The notes under the pieces are model-generated. The model did no database searches. It had not been told where the DNA came from and was given only the letters and a program-made list of their open reading frames with translations. From Thermotogota bacterium (GTDB lineage Bacteria > Thermotogota > Thermotogae > UBA12178): 64,000 bases of DNA. Each line of letters starts with the position of its first letter. Position 1 is the first letter of the stretch. The translations under genes and the position numbers were made by a program. Positions 20,546 to 29,036 of the stretch are shown here, piece by piece. Location: contig JAGGZV010000051.1 in NCBI GenBank assembly GCA_021161835.1, positions 4,688 to 68,687 on the forward strand, written 5' to 3'.

Positions 20546-22003
20546 ATGAGGAAGAAGGTTCTTTTGATTCTTATTCTGCTGGTACTCACGGTTATCATCG
20601 CCTCTTTCAAAGTTCTCAACGAATTTTTAATTTATCTGTGGATTCCCCTGGTGGGGATCATGGTCTTTCTGTTGTTTGGGGTGGATATCCCCAGATTGAT
20701 GGGTCTCATCGTTGCACTGGCGACGTATTACACCGGTGTGTTGAACCTTACAGGGGTGCTAAACCTCAAATTTTTCACTCTCTTCAGTCCACGGTTCAAC
20801 ATACTGGTTTCAGCTATAGCCTATATGTATGCCTTGCCCATGTATGGTCTTCTCAAATTCATAAGAAGCAGAATATTGCAGATATTTGTGATGCTTGTGA
20901 TATATGTAACTATCGTGTTCTTTATCTTTCTCGCAATGCCGGGTGACTACACCACCAAGTTTCTCGATCCCAAGATAGTGAAGAATCCTGAAATGTACGA
21001 AAGATTGAGACAACTATTTGGAGTGGATGATCCATGGTATATAAAGTATTACAAACACATGAGAAATTTCTTCAACCTGGAATTGGGTATATCCTTCATG
21101 GAGTATCCTCGCCCTGTATGGAATATCATAGCTGAACGTTTACCGAGAACGGTTTTTCTGTTCGTGCTTTCGACCCTGAGTTCTTTTACGCTGGGGTTCA
21201 ATGTTGGAAAGAGGATCGCGTGGAAACGGGGAGGATTCACCGACAAGGCTGCCACAGTTGTGGGAATAGTGTTCTGGACCATATTCACCCCGCTATTCAT
21301 GTTGATAATGATCTGGCTTTTTTCCTCCTCTCTGGGACTCTTTCCGTTGACCGGTTTCATAGAGCCCAATAAATGGCATAATTCCCCCTTTACAGCTCAA
21401 AGTGTGTTTTTGAGATTGCTTATGAGCGGTTTGATACTGGTGACAGCATGGGTGGCAGGAATAGCTGTTGCTTCTAGGTTGAGGACTCTTCGAGCCAAGA
21501 AAGCGGCTGTTTACGGTTTTCTGAGCGTTGCCGTTGTGGGTCTGGTAATTTACTGGACTATGAATGGAATGGGTTATTATGCTTTAGATATAGTCCATCA
21601 TGTTATACTGCCGGTTATATCTTTGACCATTCTAGGATTTGCCGGTAGCATGCTGGTCATGCGCGACACCATGCTGGAGATAATAAGAGAAGACTATATT
21701 ACCACGGCAAGAGCCAAGGGGCTTCCCGACAGCGCCGTACGGGACAAGCACGCTGCGAGAACAGCTCTTCTTCCATTGATAACCAGTTTCGTGATAGGAT
21801 TGGCTTTCACCTTGAGTGGTGGAATAATAACGGAAACTATGTTCTCGTGGAAAGGCATGGGATGGACACTCCTGAATGCGACGGTGCTACAGGATACACC
21901 ACTCGCTTCAGGATGTTTGATTTTCACAGGTATCTTTGTGCTATTCGCACACTTGATAGCGGATATTCTCTACGCATTCCTGGATCCAAGGATAAGATAC
22001 TGA
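20546..22003 (+). CDS. ABC transporter permease, OppB/DppB type, with N-terminal extension of about 100 aa
   Basis: The canonical N-terminus LLKFIRSRILQ...FLAMPGDY begins about aa 102. It carries the EAA-type loop TARAKGLPDSAVRDKHAARTALLP. ATG 20546 follows SD AAGGAGAGGTG. Confidence 0.85.
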   Translation: MRKKVLLILILLVLTVIIASFKVLNEFLIYLWIPLVGIMVFLLFGVDIPRLMGLIVALATYYTGVLNLTGVLNLKFFTLFSPRFNILVSAIAYMYALPMYGLLKFIRSRILQIFVMLVIYVTIVFFIFLAMPGDYTTKFLDPKIVKNPEMYERLRQLFGVDDPWYIKYYKHMRNFFNLELGISFMEYPRPVWNIIAERLPRTVFLFVLSTLSSFTLGFNVGKRIAWKRGGFTDKAATVVGIVFWTIFTPLFMLIMIWLFSSSLGLFPLTGFIEPNKWHNSPFTAQSVFLRLLMSGLILVTAWVAGIAVASRLRTLRAKKAAVYGFLSVAVVGLVIYWTMNGMGYYALDIVHHVILPVISLTILGFAGSMLVMRDTMLEIIREDYITTARAKGLPDSAVRDKHAARTALLPLITSFVIGLAFTLSGGIITETMFSWKGMGWTLLNATVLQDTPLASGCLIFTGIFVLFAHLIADILYAFLDPRIRY

Positions 22004-22016
22004 GGGAGTGGGAAAC

Positions 22017-24779
22017 ATGGCGCAGAAGAAAAATGAGATCGCTTATGAGCCTGTATGGAAGATTCGTTTGAAATTGTTCTGGCGTAATTTGAGGAAGAAC
22101 TGGGCGTTGTTTACAGAACGTAAAGTGGGTTTGTTCGGATTGTATATAATAATTGGCTTTGCGATATTTGGTGCGTTGTATCCGGTGGTGAGCCGCTTTC
22201 TGGATCCTGCCATTTACAATCCTGTCATAGGTACAGATCCCCACGTTAGGGATCTTTACTATATAACCGATCACATGTCCGCACAGAATGTGATAAAAGG
22301 CCTGGAAATACCTTCTTCCAAGTTTCTGGCTTATGCCATAATGGATCAGGGTGAGGGATATCTCAGCACCCTCCTGGATAATCTTGACCGTTCACAGAAG
22401 GAATTCGTTGGTCTCGACAACCCGCAGGCTTTCAGGCATGTTCTCAAGACGTTGGTCGACAATTACATGCCCAGGGTGTTGCGTTCCAAACTGCAGTTTG
22501 AGCTCGCCTCGTTGTTGAGATCTGGTGTGATCAAGCCTCGGGCTATAGCCAGTGTGGAGGAACTTGCGGATCGTTCCAAGTTCAGCCTGGATAGTTTTGG
22601 TGCACTGGTCGAAGATGTGGGTGTGGAAACGCTGGCCAAAGCTTTCGCAGGCGTCAGCAATGAAAGAATCATTCGAAGGATTGCTCTCAGAGTGAAGATA
22701 CTCTACGGTGAGGAAGCCCGAGAAGAATTCTATAGGATTATGGAAGATAGTAAAGAAAAAGCTGAACTCATAGTGCAAGCACAAGCAAAGGTTTTCGATG
22801 CGGTTTCCAAACTGGTAGCAAATGGACTGGTGCAGCTGAGCTTGAATATAGAAAAGCAGAGAGATCTCGAATACGCGGTGGAGAACAACATTTTATCTGT
22901 GCCCGATCTGCTGAAGGTGATGTTGTATGAACCCCTGAGAGTGGTAGCAACCTACCTGCTTGGAAAAGGCAAGACAAATGAGCTCGAGGAATACTTGACA
23001 GCGAAGGATACTCTGGAGATCCGGATATTGAAAAGTATTTATTTGGTCGTAAAAAAGCGCGTTCTGGAGATGGTCGAAGGAGAAGGAAGGGAACTGTATG
23101 TGAAGAATGCGGAGGATATCCTCAAAGAAGACATCGAAGTGCTCGTGAAGTATGGTATAGTTAACGATACAGATCTGGGCAGTATGAAAGTTGGAGATGT
23201 GATCACCATAGCGCTTGGAAATGCTGGACGTAACCTGGCACTTTCCACATTCGATGTGGGGGCGGAAGCCAGGATAAAAATTTTGAGAGAGATAATAGAA
23301 AGCTATCCAACGGTATACAAAGCTTACAGAATGGAGAATGAATCCTTGATGAGAAAAGTGGCAGAGGCCCGTTTCTATCTCTACATGTGCTTTATAGAAG
23401 GGGTAAGGATAGGCTTGACCCAGCGGGTGCCACTGATTCCCTTAGAGCTTCTCGATGTGAACGGTGTGGACCTCGTGAAAGTTATGGATATACCGGTAGC
23501 TCAGTTGCTTTCCTACGCCATAGGTGATGAAACGAAATTGCGTGAGAACCTGTACAGAACCTTCAGAATAGAGGGAGACGTGAACTTCAAGCGTCTGGAC
23601 GTGATAGAACTTCTCGATCTGTACAAAAACCACATGAGCGAGTTTGCGAAACTGGCCATTCCAGGTGAGGATTTTGGAGCTTTCAAAGCGAAAGTGGATG
23701 CAGTGGAACTGATGGACAGACTCTGGAAATATGTGGAGTTGCTCAGTTACGATGCCCCAAGGAGTTTTCTGAAAGTCGAGGCGGACCGAATCCTGAAACT
23801 CATCGCTGCCATCCATACCCCTGGTGCTTTAAAGGCTCAGCTCGATGCTCTGGTACCACAGTTCAAAAAGTTTATGGAAGACGGTGAGATAACCGATGAA
23901 TTCATAGGTGAGCTTTACAACGTGTTGATGGTAGCAGGTGATGAACTCCCAGGACTTCTGAAACTCGATACAGTTGAAAGCAGTATCACTAGAGACGAGG
24001 CAAAGAAGATGGTGGTACGTCTCTACGACACACTGGCCGTTAAATCGTTGCTGGGAGTTTCACATCCTCTGCCGCCATCCCGTTGGCACCCTCTTGGAAC
24101 GGATCCACATGGACGTGATATATTCGTACAGCTAATGAGAAGCACGCCCAGTGAGTTTGCACTTGGTGTTCTGGCTGCCCTCATAACCGTGGTCATAGGT
24201 ACGTTGATAGGTACCACTGCCGCTTACTATGGAGGACTGGTGGATGCTTTCTTCATGAGGTTGGCTGATATAGTCATGCTTTTCCCAACGATAGCTTTCT
24301 TGATCGTTCTCAGTGGTTTCATTGAAATGGATCTTATAAAGCTTGCCATAATACTGGGATTACTCAGTGGTTTTGGAAGCATAACGCTGGTGCTCAAGGC
24401 GCAGGCTCTCACCATAAAAGTGAAACCCTTCATAGAAGCCGCCAGGGTTGCTGGGGGAACCACTGCATACATCATATTCAATCACATAATACCCAATGTG
24501 ATGCCACTTTCCTTCCTGTACATGATGTTCAACGTTACAGGTGCTGTCTTCTCCGAAGCGGTTCTGAGTTTCTTCGGACTTCTGAAGGTCAGGATGAGCT
24601 GGGGCATAATGATAAACACCGTCTGGAACTTGGGATATCTGTCCTCAGGCCAGAGCATAGGCGCTTATTGGTGGACATGGGTACCGGCGGGTGCCGCCAT
24701 CACACTTTTGTGTTCTGCATTCTATTTCCTGGGAAGGGGACTGGAAGAGATAGTCAATCCAAGGTTGAGAAAGAGGTGA
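22017..24779 (+). CDS. ABC transporter permease, OppC/DppC type, with insertion of about 610 aa after TM1
   Basis: TM1 is GLFGLYIIIGFAIFGALYPVV. The canonical HPLGTDPHGRDIFVQL motif and the 5-TM core appear only from about aa 690. Ends ...EEIVNPRLRKR. Confidence 0.85.
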   Translation: MAQKKNEIAYEPVWKIRLKLFWRNLRKNWALFTERKVGLFGLYIIIGFAIFGALYPVVSRFLDPAIYNPVIGTDPHVRDLYYITDHMSAQNVIKGLEIPSSKFLAYAIMDQGEGYLSTLLDNLDRSQKEFVGLDNPQAFRHVLKTLVDNYMPRVLRSKLQFELASLLRSGVIKPRAIASVEELADRSKFSLDSFGALVEDVGVETLAKAFAGVSNERIIRRIALRVKILYGEEAREEFYRIMEDSKEKAELIVQAQAKVFDAVSKLVANGLVQLSLNIEKQRDLEYAVENNILSVPDLLKVMLYEPLRVVATYLLGKGKTNELEEYLTAKDTLEIRILKSIYLVVKKRVLEMVEGEGRELYVKNAEDILKEDIEVLVKYGIVNDTDLGSMKVGDVITIALGNAGRNLALSTFDVGAEARIKILREIIESYPTVYKAYRMENESLMRKVAEARFYLYMCFIEGVRIGLTQRVPLIPLELLDVNGVDLVKVMDIPVAQLLSYAIGDETKLRENLYRTFRIEGDVNFKRLDVIELLDLYKNHMSEFAKLAIPGEDFGAFKAKVDAVELMDRLWKYVELLSYDAPRSFLKVEADRILKLIAAIHTPGALKAQLDALVPQFKKFMEDGEITDEFIGELYNVLMVAGDELPGLLKLDTVESSITRDEAKKMVVRLYDTLAVKSLLGVSHPLPPSRWHPLGTDPHGRDIFVQLMRSTPSEFALGVLAALITVVIGTLIGTTAAYYGGLVDAFFMRLADIVMLFPTIAFLIVLSGFIEMDLIKLAIILGLLSGFGSITLVLKAQALTIKVKPFIEAARVAGGTTAYIIFNHIIPNVMPLSFLYMMFNVTGAVFSEAVLSFFGLLKVRMSWGIMINTVWNLGYLSSGQSIGAYWWTWVPAGAAITLLCSAFYFLGRGLEEIVNPRLRKR

Positions 24780-24783
24780 TCAC

Positions 24784-25773
24784 ATGCCGGTGTTGTCTGT
24801 TAGGGATCTGGTCATGCATTATAAGACGAAGATGGGTTATGTCAAGGCAGTCGACGGGATAAGCTTCGACCTGAACGCTGGCGAGAGCCTGGGTATAGTC
24901 GGAGAATCGGGTTGCGGTAAAACCTCTGTTTCCATGACCATACTCAGGTTGTTACCTGACAACGCCGAATTTCGAGGGGGACATGTGTATTTCAACGATG
25001 GGAGCGGAGAAGTGGATCTGGTAACCCTGCCAGAAGATGAGATGAGAAAGTACAGATGGAAGGGTATCTCCATGATCTTTCAGGCTGCGATGAATTCGCT
25101 GAATCCAGTGTATAGAGTGGGAGATCAAATAGTGGAAGCTATCCTGAACCATTATCCAGATACTACCATTGATGAAGCCAGAAAGAAAGTCGCTGAATTA
25201 TTTGAGCTGGTGGGACTGGATCCCAAACGTATGGATCAGTACCCTCATCAGTACAGTGGAGGTATGAAACAACGAGCGGTGATAGCACTGGCACTTTCGT
25301 GTGACCCAAAAGTGATAATAGCTGATGAGCCCACAACGGCTCTGGATGTCATAGTGCAGGATAAGATCCTCAAGGAAATGAAGAAGATACAGAAAAAATT
25401 GAATATGGCGATGATATACATATCGCACGATATAGCCGTTATTGCTGAGGTAAGCGATAAAATAGCGGTGATGTATGCCGGAAAGTTCGTGGAGCTGGCA
25501 GATTCTATAACGATATTCAAACGTCCGCGCCATCCTTACACCTTCGGATTGATGTCCTCTTTCCCCAGCATAACCGGTGAGAAGAAGAAACTTTTCACCA
25601 TACCGGGTGAACCACCCAATCTTTTGAATCCACCGAAAGGTTGCCGATTTGCTCCGCGATGTTTCAACGCAACAGAGAAATGCAGGCGCGAAGACCCACC
25701 GTTTCTGGAAATAGAGCCTGATCACTATCTTGCTTGCTGGAATCCTGTGAAACGGGAAGGTGAGGAAAAGTGA
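24784..25773 (+). CDS. ABC transporter ATP-binding protein (OppD/DppD type)
   Basis: Walker A GESGCGKTS, signature YSGGMKQR, Walker B IIADEPTTALD, and the C-terminal oligopeptide-type extension (CRFAPRC). Confidence 0.92.
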   Translation: MPVLSVRDLVMHYKTKMGYVKAVDGISFDLNAGESLGIVGESGCGKTSVSMTILRLLPDNAEFRGGHVYFNDGSGEVDLVTLPEDEMRKYRWKGISMIFQAAMNSLNPVYRVGDQIVEAILNHYPDTTIDEARKKVAELFELVGLDPKRMDQYPHQYSGGMKQRAVIALALSCDPKVIIADEPTTALDVIVQDKILKEMKKIQKKLNMAMIYISHDIAVIAEVSDKIAVMYAGKFVELADSITIFKRPRHPYTFGLMSSFPSITGEKKKLFTIPGEPPNLLNPPKGCRFAPRCFNATEKCRREDPPFLEIEPDHYLACWNPVKREGEEK

Positions 25774-26783
25774 GCGAATACGTGCCCGATGAGCGGACCG
25801 TCAAAAGCGAATACATCCTCGAAGTTAAAAATTTAAAGAAGTACTTCCCTGCAGATAGAGGATTGTTTGGAAGGGTGAAACACTTTGTACATGCTGTCGA
25901 TGATGTGACGTTTGAGATAAAACACGGTGAATCACTGGGACTGGTAGGAGAATCGGGTTGTGGAAAGACCACCACGGGAAAAGTCATAGTGGCGCTTGAG
26001 GTACCCACAGACGGCGAGATAATTCTGGATGGAATAGGTATAGAAGAGTATGCGGTGGACGGTTTCAAGGAGTATCACAGAAAGGTGCAAATGATCTTTC
26101 AAGACCCCTACGAATCCCTGAATCCAAGGATGACGGTTTTTGATATAATAGCAGAACCACTCAACATTCACGGTATAGGAAATCTCAAGGAACGGGAAGA
26201 GAAGGTGGCTGAGTTACTTCAGGAGGTTGGTTTGACTCCACCTTCTTCGTTTATGTGGCGCTATCCACACGAGCTGTCAGGTGGTCAAAGGCAGAGGGTA
26301 GCGATTGCGAGAGCGCTGGTACTCAACCCGACCTTTGTGGTTGCTGATGAACCCACATCGATGCTGGATGTTTCGGTGAGGACGGGTGTCATGGAGCTTA
26401 TGATGAAGTTGAGAGAAATTCACAACATGAGTTACTTGTACATAACACACGATCTGGCCGTTGCCAGATACATGTGTGAGAGGATAGCGGTAATGTATCT
26501 TGGAAAGATCGTGGAGCTTGCTGAAACAGAGGAGCTTTTGAAGAATCCCATTCATCCATACACCAAAGCTCTTCTTACGGCGGTTCCCGTCCCCGATCCG
26601 GAGTACAAGAAGGGTGAGCCTGATATAATGGGAAGCGTTAGCAAACCGGTGGATCCACCACCCAGATGTAGATTTTATGACAGGTGTCCCATAAGAACTG
26701 AACGATGTGCAAAGGAAGATCATCCTCCTTTGAAGGAGGTGGCACCGGATCATTTCGTTTCCTGCTACGAGGTGAGCGAATGA
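25770..26783 (+). CDS. ABC transporter ATP-binding protein (OppF/DppF type)
   Basis: GESGCGKTT, LSGGQRQR, VVADEPTSMLD, and C-terminal CRFYDRCP. Confidence 0.92.
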   Translation: MSEYVPDERTVKSEYILEVKNLKKYFPADRGLFGRVKHFVHAVDDVTFEIKHGESLGLVGESGCGKTTTGKVIVALEVPTDGEIILDGIGIEEYAVDGFKEYHRKVQMIFQDPYESLNPRMTVFDIIAEPLNIHGIGNLKEREEKVAELLQEVGLTPPSSFMWRYPHELSGGQRQRVAIARALVLNPTFVVADEPTSMLDVSVRTGVMELMMKLREIHNMSYLYITHDLAVARYMCERIAVMYLGKIVELAETEELLKNPIHPYTKALLTAVPVPDPEYKKGEPDIMGSVSKPVDPPPRCRFYDRCPIRTERCAKEDHPPLKEVAPDHFVSCYEVSE

Positions 26784-26797
26784 GAAGGGGGGGTGTG

Positions 26798-27265
26798 ATG
26801 AAACGTTTGTACATATATCTGTTGCTGGTGGTCGTGTGCGGGATTTCGTGGCTGGAAGTATATAATGGAGTGAAAAATTTCGGGAAGCATAGTGAAGCGG
26901 TTTCGAGAGGTTTTCTGGAGCTCAAGCTGAAATTCAAAGAATTTGAAGGTATTGTGGCAGTCTTTGACTCCAGTTTAATCGCTCATTTTCCTGAAGGTGT
27001 CGATGTGCAGTTAGAAAATCTGCAGGTTTCCTTCGCGGATGAAGAAGGCAATTATTACGGCACCTACATCGTGAATTTCCATATCGATAATCCCTCCAGT
27101 TTCCAATTGCGTGTTTCCGGGGGTTATGGAACAGCTTTGAAGAAGCGAGTGAAAGGAAAGGATTCCCTGCATCTGATTCTATCCGGTACGGTGGGTATCG
27201 AGCTCAGAACAGGTAGACTCCCTGTCTTCATAACTTACCCCGTATCATCGGAGGTGGAATTGTAA
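26798..27265 (+). CDS. Hypothetical membrane-anchored or secreted protein (155 aa)
   Basis: ATG 26798 follows SD GAAGGGGGGG, 14 nt after the oppF-like stop. Hydrophobic N-terminus MKRLYIYLLLVVVCGISW, then a beta-rich region. No motif recognised. Confidence 0.6.
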   Translation: MKRLYIYLLLVVVCGISWLEVYNGVKNFGKHSEAVSRGFLELKLKFKEFEGIVAVFDSSLIAHFPEGVDVQLENLQVSFADEEGNYYGTYIVNFHIDNPSSFQLRVSGGYGTALKKRVKGKDSLHLILSGTVGIELRTGRLPVFITYPVSSEVEL

Positions 27266-27655
27266 GTGAAAAGGGTGCTGAGAATACTGATTTTGACCCT
27301 GGTGCTGGCTTCGGTGATGACTTTCGGGTCTCTTCAATGGCAGCTGGAGAATTTCTTCGTTGCCAGTTTTACATGGTTTCCTGAAATTCTCCTTATTCTG
27401 GTTATTATTTTTGGAACCCGTCTGGTGGAAAAGGTTATAGACCTTCTAATGGCCTCTTTGCTCGGTGCGGTGATATCCGTTGCTTTTTCGCTTCTCTGTG
27501 TTAGTATAGTCGTGAACAATCCCGTGTACCTCAGGTTCATACAATACGGGTTGATGAAGAACTCCGTTTTCATAGCGCTCGTGTATCTGGCTTTGGTGTC
27601 TGCGGGAGGTTCGGTTGCGGTGATGCTACGTGGTAAGGATGGGTACTGGAAATAG
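27266..27655 (+). CDS. Hypothetical integral membrane protein (about 4 TM, 129 aa)
   Basis: The GTG start abuts the previous stop (TAA|GTG). There are four hydrophobic segments and no motif I recognise. Confidence 0.55.
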   Translation: MKRVLRILILTLVLASVMTFGSLQWQLENFFVASFTWFPEILLILVIIFGTRLVEKVIDLLMASLLGAVISVAFSLLCVSIVVNNPVYLRFIQYGLMKNSVFIALVYLALVSAGGSVAVMLRGKDGYWK

Positions 27656-27674
27656 CAGAAGAAGGTGAAGTGGG

Positions 27675-29030
27675 TTGTTGCGTTTTTCGGCAATTTTGGT
27701 CTTTCTGCTGTGTCCGTTTACTCTTCTGGCTTATCATATGTCCGTTTCTGTGGAGGCCACGAAGAAAGCCTCCACTTTTACACATGTTCAGGTGAGTTTT
27801 GAGGTCGTCATGGAAGAAGCCACCGTATCCACCATAACCGCAACCGGTGTTGAGAAAGTAGCCACGGTGGTGCGGGATCCCTTCGAAGAGAAAATGGGGA
27901 TGTCCGCAACGGAGGTCATCAGAGGAATATGGAAAAATCTCATGGAGATGAAACCCGATTACGTGAAGATATCTTCGGTTACTTCTTTCCTGAGCGATCA
28001 TCGCTTTCGTATATCCATTCGCACATCGGAAACATGGGTGATAGGAGAGGTGTTATACACTGGACCTGCTACTCCTTTCACCTCGACAACGGGAGTAAGC
28101 TGGAGAAAGTTCTCCGGGACCAGAGGCAGGCGTCATTTCTATCAATCCGTGGCGGGGATGATCCTCGAAAGGGTGGCCATCGACAGATTGGTAAAGAGAA
28201 ACTTCAAAAGTCTGTTACGGCTAACCTTTCTGCCCTTTCTGGATGAATATCCGTCTTTCAGTAACGGTGGTGATTATATAGCATTCATTTCCGATAGGAT
28301 AGGTGGAAACAGGAATGTACATGTTATAAGCTTGAAAGAAGGTCGCATCATGAATTTCCCCGTCTACGGTAGTTCTGAATACTTCCCGCGTTTTTCTCCG
28401 GACGATTCCAAGATCCTGTTTCAGGGTACCATGTACGGGGAATGGGATGTTTTTGTAATGCCATTTTCCAGAGAATATGCTTCGAGTATAAGACTCATAA
28501 CCTCGAAACTTCCGAATGCGTACACCCCTTCCTGGTATGACAACAGGCGAATACTGGTTGCGGTGGATGAAGGGAAGGGTTCAGACGTGTATCTCGTGGA
28601 CACGCTCACCCGGGTTTCCACCAACCTTACGAATACACCCGACATTTATGAAATGTATCCTTACCGTATTCCCAACACTCCGTCCATCATATACGTTAAA
28701 TTAAAAGCCGATGGAACGTACGGAATATTCAAGCATACCCTTGAAGGAAGTTCGACGGTTTTCCAGGATGAAGTTTACAACGAGTTCGATCCTGTGATTT
28801 CCCACGATGGGCATTATCTGGTTTTCTCTTCGAATGATGACACCATGTACAGGATATGGGTGAAAGATCTCCTGACCGGTGAAGCCACCTGTGTGAGTGC
28901 GGATTTGCCTTATGACTGTTACTATCCATCCATCTCGCCTGATGGTGCTCTCATAATATTCGCTGCCTATTACCCGGATGGTGAACCCGATCTCTGGGTT
29001 GCGAAAAATCCCTTCTTTGAGGAATGGTGA
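27675..29030 (+). CDS. TolB-like periplasmic beta-propeller (PD40/WD40-like repeats) with a unique N-terminal domain of about 190 aa
   Basis: Signal-like N-terminus. Six PD40-like blades, e.g. GGDYIAFISDR, FPRFSPDDSKILFQG, FDPVISHDGHYLVFSS and YYPSISPDGALIIFAA. Confidence 0.7.
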   Translation: MLRFSAILVFLLCPFTLLAYHMSVSVEATKKASTFTHVQVSFEVVMEEATVSTITATGVEKVATVVRDPFEEKMGMSATEVIRGIWKNLMEMKPDYVKISSVTSFLSDHRFRISIRTSETWVIGEVLYTGPATPFTSTTGVSWRKFSGTRGRRHFYQSVAGMILERVAIDRLVKRNFKSLLRLTFLPFLDEYPSFSNGGDYIAFISDRIGGNRNVHVISLKEGRIMNFPVYGSSEYFPRFSPDDSKILFQGTMYGEWDVFVMPFSREYASSIRLITSKLPNAYTPSWYDNRRILVAVDEGKGSDVYLVDTLTRVSTNLTNTPDIYEMYPYRIPNTPSIIYVKLKADGTYGIFKHTLEGSSTVFQDEVYNEFDPVISHDGHYLVFSSNDDTMYRIWVKDLLTGEATCVSADLPYDCYYPSISPDGALIIFAAYYPDGEPDLWVAKNPFFEEW

Positions 29031-29036
29031 TACTCT

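Noticed and set aside
26705-26797. 5' extension of the ORF-track entry 26705-27265, which overlaps the oppF-like gene by 79 nt.
   Set aside because: The extension has no SD and encodes a G/R/S-rich stretch inside the ATPase gene. An SD plus ATG at 26798 gives a sensible hydrophobic N-terminus. I trimmed comparable 5' over-extensions at 35542 (porG), 45816 (MBL), 42428 (glyS), 33198 (DUF4912), 53896 (methyltransferase) and 54458 (HAD).
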